Assembly: GCA_029866205.1 (NCBI GenBank) | Contig: JARWZT010000004.1 | Coordinates: 31,776 to 95,775, forward strand | Source of the DNA: Rhodoferax sp. | GTDB taxonomy: Bacteria > Pseudomonadota > Gammaproteobacteria > Burkholderiales > Burkholderiaceae_C | Direction of reading: 5' to 3' | DNA length: 64,000 nt | In this document: piece after piece, positions 52,279 to 62,296 of the stretch | Layout: each line of letters starts with the position of its first letter | Numbering within the stretch: the first letter of the stretch is position 1 | Made by a program: the position numbers and the translations under genes | The notes under the pieces: model-generated | What the model was told of the DNA's origin: nothing | Database searches by the model: none | What the model saw: the letters and a program-made list of their open reading frames with translations, nothing else

Positions 52279-53256
52279 ATGCAGGAACCCTACCACCCCG
52301 ATTTCATGGTTTTCACGGGCAATGCCAACCCCGGCATGGCGGCGGACATTGCACGAGATCTGGGAATCAGCTTGGGTGCGGCTACCGTGGGACGATTTTC
52401 GGACGGTGAGGTGACCGTTGAAATCAACCAAAACGTGCGCGCACGCGACGTCTTTGTGGTGCAAAGCACCTGCGCCCCGACCAACGAAAATTTGATGGAA
52501 CTGCTGATCATGGTCGACGCCCTCAAGCGGGCCTCGGCAGAACGTATCAGCGCGGTGATTCCGTACTTTGGCTATGCCCGCCAAGATCGCCGTCCCCGGT
52601 CGACCCGTGTGCCCATCACCGCCAAGGTGGTTGCCAACATGCTGCAGGCCGCTGGCGTGTCGCGCGTTTTGACAATGGACTTGCACGCCGATCAGATCCA
52701 GGGGTTTTTTGATATCCCGGTGGACAACATCTATGCCTCGCCCGTGCTGTTGGGCGACCTGCGCCAAAAAAATTACGACGACCTGATCGTGGTCTCACCC
52801 GATGTGGGCGGCGTGGTTCGCGCCCGCGCGCTGGCCAAGCAACTCAACTGCGATCTCGCCATCATCGACAAACGCCGGCCCAAGGCCAATGTGAGCGAAG
52901 TGATGCACGTGATTGGCGAGATCGAAGGTCGCAACTGCGTCGTGATGGACGACATGATTGACACGGCGGGCACGCTGGTCAAGGCCGCCGAGGTTCTGAA
53001 GATGCGCGGTGCAAAAAAGGTTTACGCCTATTGCACCCACCCGATCTTCTCGGGTCCGGCCATTGAGCGTATTTCGCAGGGCGATGCGCTCGACGAAGTC
53101 GTGGTGACCAACACCATTCCGCTGAGCGCTGCCGCCGCGCAGTGCAAAAAAATCCGCCAACTCACCGTGGCACCGCTGATTGCCGAGACGATTCAGCGGA
53201 TCGCCAAAGGGGAGTCGGTCATGAGTTTGTTCTCGGATCAGGACAATTTGTTCTGA
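52279..53256 (+). CDS. prs: ribose-phosphate pyrophosphokinase
   Basis: The ATG at 52279 gives FTGNANP...GRFSDGE..V......RDVFVVQS...[11 protein letters not shown]...DDMIDTAGT. The upstream part of the ORF overlaps the tRNA and was discarded. Confidence 0.95.
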   Translation: MQEPYHPDFMVFTGNANPGMAADIARDLGISLGAATVGRFSDGEVTVEINQNVRARDVFVVQSTCAPTNENLMELLIMVDALKRASAERISAVIPYFGYARQDRRPRSTRVPITAKVVANMLQAAGVSRVLTMDLHADQIQGFFDIPVDNIYASPVLLGDLRQKNYDDLIVVSPDVGGVVRARALAKQLNCDLAIIDKRRPKANVSEVMHVIGEIEGRNCVVMDDMIDTAGTLVKAAEVLKMRGAKKVYAYCTHPIFSGPAIERISQGDALDEVVVTNTIPLSAAAAQCKKIRQLTVAPLIAETIQRIAKGESVMSLFSDQDNLF

Positions 53257-53355
53257 TCTGGGCAAAAAGTGGGGGCTGACTGCCATTTTTGGCATCCAGC
53301 GCCTTTGTTAAACCGGAGTCACACTGGTCGCGGTGGACTCTTTTTGGAGTAAGTT

Positions 53356-53970
53356 ATGAAATTTGTCGCTTTTGAGCGCGCTAAGCAGGGCACGGGTGCG
53401 AGCCGCCGTCTCCGCATCACCGGTCGCACACCTGGCATCGTCTATGGTGGCTCCGCAGAACCTTTGGCCATTGAGCTGGACCACAACGCTTTGTGGCACG
53501 CCATCAAGAAAGAAGCCTTTCACGCTTCGATCCTGGACATGGAACTCAATGGCGTGGAAAGCAAAGTCTTGCTGCGCAACGTGCAAATGCACCCCTTCAA
53601 GCAGCTGATTCTGCACATCGACTTCCAACGCGTCGACGCCAACACCACACTGCATATGAAGGTGCCATTGCACTTCAACGGTGAAGAGAATTCGCCGGCG
53701 TTCAAGATTGACGCTTGCCTGATCACCCACGTCGTCACCGACCTGGAAGTGGCTTGCTTGCCCGCCGATCTGCCCGAGTTCATTGCGGTGGACCTGAGCG
53801 GCCTGAAAAAAGGCACTTCCTTGCACGCCAAGGATTTGACTTTGCCCCAAGGTGTCAAGGCTGTGATCCGTGGCCGCGAAAACCCGGTCATTGTCTCGGT
53901 CGTAGCACCGGTGGCCGAAGTGGTCGAGGCACCCGTGGCCGCGCCCGTCAAAGGCAAAGGCAAGAAGTAA
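53356..53970 (+). CDS. rplY: 50S ribosomal protein L25/general stress protein Ctc
   Basis: [29 protein letters not shown]... and a long Ctc-type C-terminal domain; 204 aa. Confidence 0.9.
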   Translation: MKFVAFERAKQGTGASRRLRITGRTPGIVYGGSAEPLAIELDHNALWHAIKKEAFHASILDMELNGVESKVLLRNVQMHPFKQLILHIDFQRVDANTTLHMKVPLHFNGEENSPAFKIDACLITHVVTDLEVACLPADLPEFIAVDLSGLKKGTSLHAKDLTLPQGVKAVIRGRENPVIVSVVAPVAEVVEAPVAAPVKGKGKK

Positions 53971-53990
53971 GCCCTGCGCTGCGTCTTGCA

Positions 53991-54022
53991 AACGGCCCAC
54001 TTCGGTGGGCCGTTTTGCTTTG
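53991..54022 (+). terminator. Rho-independent terminator after rplY
   Basis: AACGGCCCAC-TTCG-GTGGGCCGTT stem-loop followed by TTGCTTTG. Confidence 0.7.
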
Positions 54023-54112
54023 CGGCGCGCACTTTGCCCCTACCATGTGCGCTTGGGCGCTGCCTTAAGCGCCGTCTCCTGAGCCATTTCCACCCCCTAT
54101 TTTGCGCACACC

Positions 54113-54763
54113 ATGATCAAACTCCTGGTCGGCCTGGGCAACCCCGGCCCTGAATACGAAGCCACGCGGCATAACGCGGGCTTTTGGTTTGTTGACGCTG
54201 CCGCGCGCACGCTCAAAACCGCGCTGGTCATGGACCGCAGCTACCACGGACTGATGGCACGCACCAGTTTTCAGGGCCAGACGCTGTGGCTGTTGGAGCC
54301 GCAAACCTTCATGAACCTGTCGGGAAAATCGGTGGCTGCACTCGCACGATTTTTCAAGATCAACCCCGATGAAGTGCTGGTTGTCCATGACGAACTCGAT
54401 CTGCCACCGGGCGAAGCAAAGCTCAAATTTGGTGGCAGCCATGCCGGCCACAATGGACTGCGCGACATCCACGCCCAACTGGGCACTGGTGACTATTGGC
54501 GCCTGCGCCTGGGCGTAGGTCACCCGGGCGTTAAGTCTGAGGTGGTGCATTGGGTACTGAAAAAACCCTCGTTGGACCACCGCATCGCCATCGACCAGTG
54601 CATTGACCGGGCCATTACTGCCCTGCCCGCCCTGCTGACGGGCGAAATGAACAAGGCCATGCTGCAAATCCACACCAGCAAGCCGCCACGGCCTAAACTA
54701 CCCAAGCCAGAGGCACACCCGGAACCCGCCAAGGAACCGGTCGACCCGCCCCTGGCACCGTAG
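54113..54763 (+). CDS. pth: peptidyl-tRNA hydrolase (with Pro/Lys-rich C-terminal tail)
   Basis: [26 protein letters not shown]...HDELDLPPG...GGHNGLRDI; about 25 extra Pro-rich residues at the C-terminus. Confidence 0.9.
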   Translation: MIKLLVGLGNPGPEYEATRHNAGFWFVDAAARTLKTALVMDRSYHGLMARTSFQGQTLWLLEPQTFMNLSGKSVAALARFFKINPDEVLVVHDELDLPPGEAKLKFGGSHAGHNGLRDIHAQLGTGDYWRLRLGVGHPGVKSEVVHWVLKKPSLDHRIAIDQCIDRAITALPALLTGEMNKAMLQIHTSKPPRPKLPKPEAHPEPAKEPVDPPLAP

Positions 54764-54813
54764 TTGCCAGCAGCCAAAGAGCTGCAGCAACCGTGTCAAT
54801 CAGGGGGGAAACC

Positions 54814-55266
54814 ATGAAAACTTTGCATTTCAGGCAGTGGGCCTGCGCGCTGGGTGCCGGCAGTGCCTGTGCGATCGCTGCCGCGCAGTCTCCGACCATT
54901 TACCGCTGTGGCACCAGCTACAGCGACACACCCTGTGCCCAGGCGGTTGCCGTACCCACCGCAGACCCGCGCAGCCCGGCCCAAAAAGCCCAAACTGAGG
55001 CCGCCACAGCCCGCGCCGCCCTGCTGGCCGGGCAACTTGAGAAAACACGCCACGCTGACGAAGCTGCAGCGCGGCAAGCCGTGCACCCCCAAGCGGTCAA
55101 AGAAGCACCCAAGCCTGCGTCAGACGCGGTGCAAGAAAAACCCCATCCGAAGAAAAAGCACAAGAAAGCGGCTGTGGCTGTCGCTGAGAAACTGAAAAAA
55201 CCAGAACTCACAAAGCCCCAAAAGCCCCCCGGGTTCACCGTCAAGGTTCCCGCCCCAACCAAATGA
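54814..55266 (+). CDS. secreted DUF4124-like protein with Lys/Pro-rich tail
   Basis: Signal peptide (MKTLHFRQWACALGAGSACAIAAAQ), then IYRCGTSYSDTPC, typical of DUF4124, and a low-complexity basic C-terminus. Confidence 0.55.
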   Translation: MKTLHFRQWACALGAGSACAIAAAQSPTIYRCGTSYSDTPCAQAVAVPTADPRSPAQKAQTEAATARAALLAGQLEKTRHADEAAARQAVHPQAVKEAPKPASDAVQEKPHPKKKHKKAAVAVAEKLKKPELTKPQKPPGFTVKVPAPTK

Positions 55267-55293
55267 AGCGCTGAAATGAGGCGCTGGCTTGGC

Positions 55294-56115
<822 letters not shown>

Positions 56116-56119
<4 letters not shown>

Positions 56120-56832
56120 GCTCCGGAAGAGGTTTCAGGGGAAGCGGCTGCATCTGAGGCTGCGGCGGCACTGCGTGCGGCTGCCTGTTCGTCGGGCGTG
56201 GCGGCGCGCAGCAAATGGGCGTGCACCGCGCCCGCCTTCAGGTGGCGGTGCAGCACCAGGCCCAGCGGCGCAAGCTGCACATCGGTCCAAGCCACTGGCG
56301 CTTCAAGGTAAATCCAGCCTTGGGGCGCAATGGCGCGGCTGGCCGCCGTCAGGGCGGGCAACCACAGCGCCGAGTCAAACGGGGGATCAATAAAAACCAC
56401 ATGCAGACTGCCCGGCGCCGCCTGGCGCAGGTTGGACACGCCGTCACCGCGTTGCACCTGCACCTGGTGGGCCGACAACTGGAGCTGGGTGCGCTTGAGC
56501 TGTTCTATCAAGGCGCTGTCTTGCTCGACCAGCACCACCTCTTGCGCACCGCGCGAGGCGGCCTCGAAACCCAAGGCTCCGGTGCCGGCAAATACGTCAA
56601 TGCAGCGCATGCCGCGCAAATCCTGGCCAAGCCAGTTGAAGAGCGTTTCACGCACCCGGTCTGGCGTGGGACGCAGACCCGGTTTGTCGGAGACTTTGAG
56701 TTTGGTGCGCTTCCACAGTCCGCCAATAATGCGGATTTCGTGGCTGCGCTGCACTTGGGGGCCGTGCTTGTGCACGGGAACGCGGGGCTTTTTCGGTTTC
56801 ATGGGGCCTATTGTCGGGCTTGTTGGTGCCAA
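56116..56832 (-). CDS. rsmD: 16S rRNA (guanine966-N2)-methyltransferase RsmD
   Basis: RIIGGLWKRTKL...RPTPDRVRETLFNWL...DVFAGTGALGFEAASRGA...IDPPF; Ala-rich C-terminal tail; ATGA overlap with coaD. Confidence 0.8.
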
Positions 56833-56866
56833 ACGGCGGGCGGACCTCTGTGCTTACGGCACTTCG

Positions 56867-57562
56867 CTAAACCACCGCGTGCGCGGGATAGCCGGGGCCC
56901 AGGAACAGCGGGGGCGCAATACCCTCCGCGGCAAAAGCCCGGCGCACCGCCTCGCGCTGCTCGAGGCGCTCCATCAGCCCCGCCACCCGGGGCAAGGCGC
57001 TGACGGCCTGCGCACCCAAGGCATTGCCACGCGGATAAAGCTGCGACCAACGCACACAGGCGCCCAAATACAAGTCGCACACACTGAGCGCATCCCCCAA
57101 CAGCCACGGGCCACCATGGCGAGCCAGCTCGGCCTCCAGCAAGCCCAGGTGCCCCAGCACTCTGGCGTGCAAGCGCGTTTGCAGCGCCGCAATGGCCGCA
57201 GGGCCAGACGCATAACGCTCGGTGTAAAACAACATGCGCAGATCGGCGTGCAAGGTGTTGGACAGGTAAAACAACCACTTCAGAAACCGGCCGCGCGCAG
57301 CGGCACCCAAGGGTTTCAACACCCCGTGCTGGTCCGCCAAGTGCAACACAATGGCGGCCGTCTCAAACAGCGGTTCGTCTTGCGCCGGGTCCACAAGCAC
57401 GGGCAACAGGCCCTGCGGGTTGAACTTCAAAAAAGCCGGACTGCTTTGGGCCTGCTGGCGCCGGTCCACTTCGAGCGCCTCGTAGGAGGCACCGATTTCT
57501 TCGAGCGCCATGCGCACCACCACATTGGCGCTGTCGGGCGAATAAAACAGCGTGTAAGTCAT
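56867..57562 (-). CDS. glutathione S-transferase family protein
   Basis: 231 aa with an N-terminal thioredoxin-like GST fold (LFYSPDSANVVVRMALEE...PQGLLPVL) and a helical C-domain. Confidence 0.75.
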   Translation of the reverse strand: MTYTLFYSPDSANVVVRMALEEIGASYEALEVDRRQQAQSSPAFLKFNPQGLLPVLVDPAQDEPLFETAAIVLHLADQHGVLKPLGAAARGRFLKWLFYLSNTLHADLRMLFYTERYASGPAAIAALQTRLHARVLGHLGLLEAELARHGGPWLLGDALSVCDLYLGACVRWSQLYPRGNALGAQAVSALPRVAGLMERLEQREAVRRAFAAEGIAPPLFLGPGYPAHAVV

Positions 57563-57572
57563 GGCCAGGCGC

Positions 57573-58757
57573 TCAGGGCTTGCGCATCACCACCAAGCCC
57601 TTGAGGTACTCGCCCTCAGGAAAACTGATGGTCATGGGGTGGTCTGGCGCACCGCCCATGCGCTCGGTGATAAAGCCGTCCACTCCGGCGTCGGCCCCGG
57701 CAGAGGCCACAATTTTGTGAAACAGGTCGGCGCTGATACCACCCGAGCAAGAGTAGGTAAACAGCACGCCGCCGGGCTCCAAAATCTTGAACGCCAAGCG
57801 GTTGATGTCTTTGTAGGCCCGCGCAGCCCGCTCCGCATGCGCCACGGTGGGCGCATATTTGGGCGGGTCAAGCACGATGGCGTCAAAGGTCTTGCCCGCC
57901 TGCGCAAACTGGCGCAGCGACGCATTGACATCGGCGTCCATAAAGTGCGCGCGCTCGGGGGCAAAGCCGTTGAGCGCCACGTTGGCCGCAGCCTGGGCAA
58001 TGGCCGGGCCCGAGGAGTCAATCGACGTGACGTGCGCCGCGCCGCCGGAGAGCGCAGCCACGGTAAAGCCGCCGGTGTAGCAAAAGCAGTTCAGCACGCG
58101 CTGAAACTGCAGGCGCTTGGCATGGTCGGCAAACCGCTTGCGGCTGTCGCGTTGGTCCAAATAAAAGCCGGTCTTGTGGCCGTGGGCAATGTCCAGCGCC
58201 AGCTGCCAGCCGTGTTCGCGCAGCACCAGGTCGGTCGCGCCGCTGCCACGCAGCCAGCCTGTCGCCTCGGGCAGGCCCTCCAGGGCGCGGCTGCTGGCAT
58301 CGGAGCGCTCGTAGAGCTGGCTCAGGCCGGTGTGGGCCAGCAGTGCGTCGGCAATGACGGCCTTCCAGCGTTCGACCCCGGCCGACGTGAACTGCGCCAC
58401 CAGCGTGTCGCCGTAGCGGTCAACGATCAGCCCCGGCAGCCCGTCAGACTCGCCATGCACCAGGCGCATGCCGTCGCTCTGAATGTCAAAGCGGCTGCGC
58501 GCCTGCAGGGCCAAGGCAATGGTGCGGCTGAAAAAGGCCGCGTCAATGCGCTGCGCCTCGTCAAAACTCCAGACCCGTGCCCGGATTTTGGAACTGGGGC
58601 TAAACGCCGCCCAGCCCAAAAACTGGCCGTCATGGCCCTCGACCCGCACCGTCTCGCCGCTGTCGCCGCCCCCGCGCTCGATGGCAGACTCAAAGATCCA
58701 GGGATGGCGGCGCAGCAAAGAGCGCTCTTTGCCGGCGCGAAGGCGTAAGGTTTTCAT
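57573..58757 (-). CDS. rlmI: class I SAM-dependent rRNA (cytosine-C5) methyltransferase, RlmI-like
   Basis: The ATG at 58757 gives MKTLRLRAGKERSLLRRHPWIFESAIE (PUA-like N-terminus), VLNCFCYTGGF (SAM motif) and IVLDPPKY. Confidence 0.8.
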   Translation of the reverse strand: MKTLRLRAGKERSLLRRHPWIFESAIERGGGDSGETVRVEGHDGQFLGWAAFSPSSKIRARVWSFDEAQRIDAAFFSRTIALALQARSRFDIQSDGMRLVHGESDGLPGLIVDRYGDTLVAQFTSAGVERWKAVIADALLAHTGLSQLYERSDASSRALEGLPEATGWLRGSGATDLVLREHGWQLALDIAHGHKTGFYLDQRDSRKRFADHAKRLQFQRVLNCFCYTGGFTVAALSGGAAHVTSIDSSGPAIAQAAANVALNGFAPERAHFMDADVNASLRQFAQAGKTFDAIVLDPPKYAPTVAHAERAARAYKDINRLAFKILEPGGVLFTYSCSGGISADLFHKIVASAGADAGVDGFITERMGGAPDHPMTISFPEGEYLKGLVVMRKP

Positions 58758-58877
58758 GCCGGTATTGTCGCTTGGGGTGTTGCCAGGGTTTGGCGCAAGG
58801 CACGCCCAGGCCCCCTCGGACACGCAAGGCACCCCGCCCGCCTCTTGCAACGATTTTCATTTTGCTAAGATTGCGTT

Positions 58878-59040
58878 GCCGGTTTCCACCCCAACCGGCG
58901 GACAAGAAAATTGAAGGGCAAACCCGGCCAAAGCCGGCGACGCAAAGCCACCGGACTAAAGCGCTGCACGCAGCGCAAGGTCAGCGGGGCCGCCAGATTC
59001 GACAGACAAGATCCCCTTGTCTGCTCTTTCCTGTTGTTGC
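58878..59040 (+). ncRNA. candidate structured small RNA upstream of the RT (hypothetical)
   Basis: A possible promoter (TTGCAA 58845-58850, 15-nt spacer, TAAGAT 58866-58871) is followed by four hairpins: GCCGGTT/AACCGGC at 58878-58899, CCGGC/GCCGG at 58924-58937, GCGCTGC/GCAGCGC at 58961-76, and CAGACAAG/CTTGTCTG at 59003-59023. A T-rich run follows (CTCTTTCCTGTTGTTG). No experimental or comparative support. Confidence 0.25.
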
Positions 59041-59294
59041 ACACCGCAATGAGGCAGTCGATATGCGTCAGATGTTTGTAGACGGCTGCGCTGGGCGGGC
59101 CTGCGATTGGCATCGCTTAGCCAGCACTGTAAGCACTATTTCTTTGCGACCAATCGGTAGCGAACGAGGTCGGCGTCTTGGTAAGGCCGCGATGGGCGGG
59201 GAGTCGGAATTGCGCTCGGCATGTGTCGTATTTGATGCGCAAGTAGGTTCCATACCCTGCGCCAAGTTGTCGTTAAATTCGTAACCGACTATCG

Positions 59295-60809
59295 ATGTCT
59301 ACCCCTGAGCTTGTCCATCGAAATCTAACCGCTGAGCTCGCTCGTTCATTGGACAGAGCAGAAGTCTATGCTTGGCTTGTGACCAGCGGCTTTTTTCCAG
59401 AAGCCTACGTGCTCCCACCGTGCTTCACGGTTACGAAGCACCCACCATATGGGAAGGTCTACTTCCCGCATACACCGACGGAGTTCAAGCCGCGGCTTAC
59501 AGAGTATCAACAGGTACATTTTCCTAAGACCGACTACACAGACCGTACGTTCGGAGTTATTGATCCTGAGCTCCACTCTGATCTTGCATACGAGTTCTCC
59601 AGCAACTGGGACATAGTTCTTGATCAAATTTTTGATCCAAAGAACAAAGTGTGTTCCTACAGTTTTCCAGTGCCGCTGGACTCGAAGAATCCAGGATCAG
59701 TAGGGCAACTTCGTAGCGGTAGGATGATCTACGAATTCATCGAAATGGCCGAAAATGACATCGCGGCAATCGCTCACCGGTTCAAGTTTTTGATCAAGTC
59801 TGACGTCAAAAATTTCTATCCTTCTATCTACACCCACAGCATCTCGTGGGCGCTTCACGGCAAGGCATACATTCGCAAGGCTGGAAACCGGCAAAACTAC
59901 TCAATATTTGGCAATCGTGTGGACAAACTTTTCCAGTACTCAAACGATGGGTGTACGAACGGCCTGCCGATTGGACCAGCAATCTCCGACATTGCCGCTG
60001 AGATTGTCATGTCCGCCGTCGACCGGCAACTCTCAGACTCGCTCCCTGAAGGTGCAGTTGTTATGCGGTTTAAGGACGACTATCGCATTCTCGTGCGCAC
60101 CGAAGCCGACGGTAGATCGATTGTTAAGGACCTTCAGGCTGCCCTGAAAGACTATCGACTCGAATTAAATGACGAAAAAACTCAATTCCACAGCCTACCT
60201 AATGGAATATTTAGAGACTGGGTCTCCCAGTATCATGCGGTCAATCGTGTCCCGAAGGCCTACTATCCATTCAGGCGATTCAAAGAAACCTACTTGGCCG
60301 TTGTAGCTATCGACCGAGCCAACAGTGGGTGTGGTGTTATCGACAGATTCCTCGCCGACATCATCACCAAAAAATATCGGCTTCGAGTGAAACTTGACAA
60401 TCGAACGTTGCCAAAGGTGTTGAGTTTGTTGCTAATGCTTGGATCACTGCGCACTAAAGCATATCCAAAAGTGCTAGCGACAATTGAGGCGATTCTCCAA
60501 TCGACTTTTGGAAAGCAACACTCGGTAGAGATTGCCAAGCACTTGGCAGATCACCTATCGCAACTCTCTGAACGCGAAGCGGAGAACCGATACCTGATTG
60601 CTTGGATCTGTTACTTCCTTCGGGCCAATAACCTTGATAGCCACATCACCGCAAAGTACAAGTACAAGGATCCAATTGTCAACGCGACCTACACAAGCAG
60701 CTTTGCCCTGTTTAAACATTGCAAGGACTTCAAAGTCTTCTTAGGCGTTAAAAAAGCCGCCAAGAGGACGTCATTGTTGAAACATCTTGATGTTTTCAAG
60801 CCGCAATGA
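59295..60809 (+). CDS. reverse transcriptase of the Abi/UG (defence-associated, DRT-like) class
   Basis: 504 aa. Finger motif HFPKTDYTDRTFGVIDP; motif A LIKSDVKNFYPSIYTHSISW (D170); motif B NGLPIGPAISDIAAEIV; motif C MRFKDDYRILV (D261 D262); motif D/E LELNDEKTQF; then ~190 aa of helical-looking sequence. No maturase X/En domain and no retron-type motifs recognised. Confidence 0.85.
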   Translation: MSTPELVHRNLTAELARSLDRAEVYAWLVTSGFFPEAYVLPPCFTVTKHPPYGKVYFPHTPTEFKPRLTEYQQVHFPKTDYTDRTFGVIDPELHSDLAYEFSSNWDIVLDQIFDPKNKVCSYSFPVPLDSKNPGSVGQLRSGRMIYEFIEMAENDIAAIAHRFKFLIKSDVKNFYPSIYTHSISWALHGKAYIRKAGNRQNYSIFGNRVDKLFQYSNDGCTNGLPIGPAISDIAAEIVMSAVDRQLSDSLPEGAVVMRFKDDYRILVRTEADGRSIVKDLQAALKDYRLELNDEKTQFHSLPNGIFRDWVSQYHAVNRVPKAYYPFRRFKETYLAVVAIDRANSGCGVIDRFLADIITKKYRLRVKLDNRTLPKVLSLLLMLGSLRTKAYPKVLATIEAILQSTFGKQHSVEIAKHLADHLSQLSEREAENRYLIAWICYFLRANNLDSHITAKYKYKDPIVNATYTSSFALFKHCKDFKVFLGVKKAAKRTSLLKHLDVFKPQ

Positions 60810-60919
60810 AATGACCAAGCGACTCACCTAACCTAACGCGTGAAGGCAAACCAGATAGCTAAGAGCTCAGACATCTCCATCAAACGCCTGCGGCGTGTCG
60901 GCAACAAAAAAGACATCCT

Positions 60920-61330
60920 ATGACATCCTTTTCAAGTCGGACGAAAGACACCTCCTGGAACCTGAAGACCCCGCCAGGCCCTTCAGAGTGCGCGATGCAC
61001 GTCGATGAAAAAAACGGGATTACGATTCTTGTCTGCACGGTGGGCAGCACTGTGCTGCACTACGACGCGCGGTGCATTGATGACCTGCAAGCGATGCTCA
61101 AGCAGGCTGGCGATTGGGTTGAATTGGGGGGTGCGGACGAACAGAAGCCCGCGAAAGAAGGCACGGTGGAAGCCTGGGGTCGGTCGCCAAGCAACCCGGT
61201 GGGGGGCTGGTACGGGCTCAAAAAGGGGCTACGCGGACGGTTTGGCGTCTACGTGCCGCCGCTGATGGAAGAACTCGGGCTGTATGAACTGGAGCACAAC
61301 GCCAAGAACAATCGCATGCGGGCCAAGTAG
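60920..61330 (+). CDS. conserved-looking hypothetical protein (unknown function)
   Basis: 136-aa ORF on the same strand as the RT, 110 nt downstream. The C-terminal block GGWYGLKKGLRGRFGVYVPPLMEELGLYELEHNAKNNRMRA looks like a family I recall seeing in accessory regions, but I cannot name it. No obvious RBS. Confidence 0.45.
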   Translation: MTSFSSRTKDTSWNLKTPPGPSECAMHVDEKNGITILVCTVGSTVLHYDARCIDDLQAMLKQAGDWVELGGADEQKPAKEGTVEAWGRSPSNPVGGWYGLKKGLRGRFGVYVPPLMEELGLYELEHNAKNNRMRAK

Positions 61331-61392
61331 CGCAGCTAAGCCCCAGTGAGACGATCCGGGTGGGCAAGACAATTTCGCGGCCAGATCGGGTT

Positions 61393-62124
61393 TTAACCAT
61401 TCAACACCGTCCTCAGCACCATATCCACAATCAGCGCCTCGGCCGCCGCAAAGTCGGATTCTTCGAGCGCGGGTTTGCCCAGCACCAGGCTGATTTGGCT
61501 GGCCCAGTCGGCGTAGACCTGGGTGGACGCCCAGAGCAAGACCATCAGATGGCGGCCGTCCACGGCGCGGCACAGGCCGCGTTCGGCCCAGCGGTTTAAG
61601 ACCGCCACATCGGCTTGCACCGCGGGGATCACCCGCGCAGCAATTTCGGCCGAAAAAATGGGGGCGCCCGACACCACTTCGTTGGCGTAGACGCGCGAGT
61701 CGTCAGGGTGCTCGCGCGAAAAGCGCAGTTTGCCGGCAATGTATTCGCGCAGCGCTTGCTCGGGGTCGTCGGGGTGCTGGCCCAAGGCGTCCATGTACGA
61801 CAACCACACGTCGAGCACGCCGTGCAGTACGCGGCGGTAAAGCTCTTCTTTGCTGGGAAAGTAATACAGCAGGTTTTGCTTGGACGCGCCCACCTCGCGG
61901 GCAATGTGGTCCAAGGACACTCCACCAAAGCCGCGCTGCGCAAACAGGCGCTTGGCGGCCGCCAGGATGTCTGCCTCGAGCAGCTTGCGGGCCTGGCTGA
62001 GTTTGACGACCTTGGTCTTGTCCCCCTTTGGCACTGCCGTTTTGGGCGCAGTCACCGCCGGTTTGGCCGCCCGGGCTTTGGCGGTATGGGGCGGGGCAAT
62101 GAGAGGTAGCGCCGGATTTTTCAT
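61393..62124 (-). CDS. TetR-family regulator, RutR-like (pyrimidine catabolism)
   Basis: The ATG at 62124 gives the HTH ILAAAKRLFAQRGFGGVSLDHIAREVGASKQNLLYYFPSKEELY. Divergent from preT/preA. Confidence 0.8.
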   Translation of the reverse strand: MKNPALPLIAPPHTAKARAAKPAVTAPKTAVPKGDKTKVVKLSQARKLLEADILAAAKRLFAQRGFGGVSLDHIAREVGASKQNLLYYFPSKEELYRRVLHGVLDVWLSYMDALGQHPDDPEQALREYIAGKLRFSREHPDDSRVYANEVVSGAPIFSAEIAARVIPAVQADVAVLNRWAERGLCRAVDGRHLMVLLWASTQVYADWASQISLVLGKPALEESDFAAAEALIVDMVLRTVLNG

Positions 62125-62296
62125 TTTTCTGGTACGCGTATTGCTAGTAAAAAGTCTAGGGTTTTTACCAATTGGTAAAACAATTATTACTGGATTAAAT
62201 AAACCTTGCAAATCATCCTGGCGACTGGGGCAACGCCTTTGGGCCGCCGGGTTGGTAAGCCATTTTGATGCCACTCATGCGATTGGAAACCACACC

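Larger units (their letters stand above)
58860..61392. other. AT-rich islet (probable horizontally acquired insertion) carrying the reverse transcriptase
   Basis: Base composition drops abruptly relative to the flanking rlmI and TetR/preTA genes. The RT gene uses many A/T-ending codons, unlike all neighbours. No integrase, tRNA or flanking repeats seen. Confidence 0.5.

Noticed and set aside
58772-59284. 170-aa ORF in the region upstream of the RT (and the minus-strand ORF 59068-59265)
   Set aside because: The translations are Arg/Pro/Gly-rich with no motif or RBS. The first half overlaps the rlmI 5' region and promoter area. The stretch is better treated as non-coding leader.
59295-60809. 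RT as a group II intron or retron RT
   Set aside because: There is no maturase X, DNA-binding or En domain after the palm. No domain V/VI-like RNA structure flanks the ORF. I could not see retron-type a1/a2 inverted repeats flanking a short msr-msd. The protein is also larger than typical retron RTs and has Abi/UG-like motif variants. This rests on inspection by eye only.
58760-61400. Direct or inverted repeats, att sites or integrase remnants bounding the AT-rich islet
   Set aside because: None was detected by visual comparison of the two junctions. A computational repeat search is needed before any claim of a mobile element.
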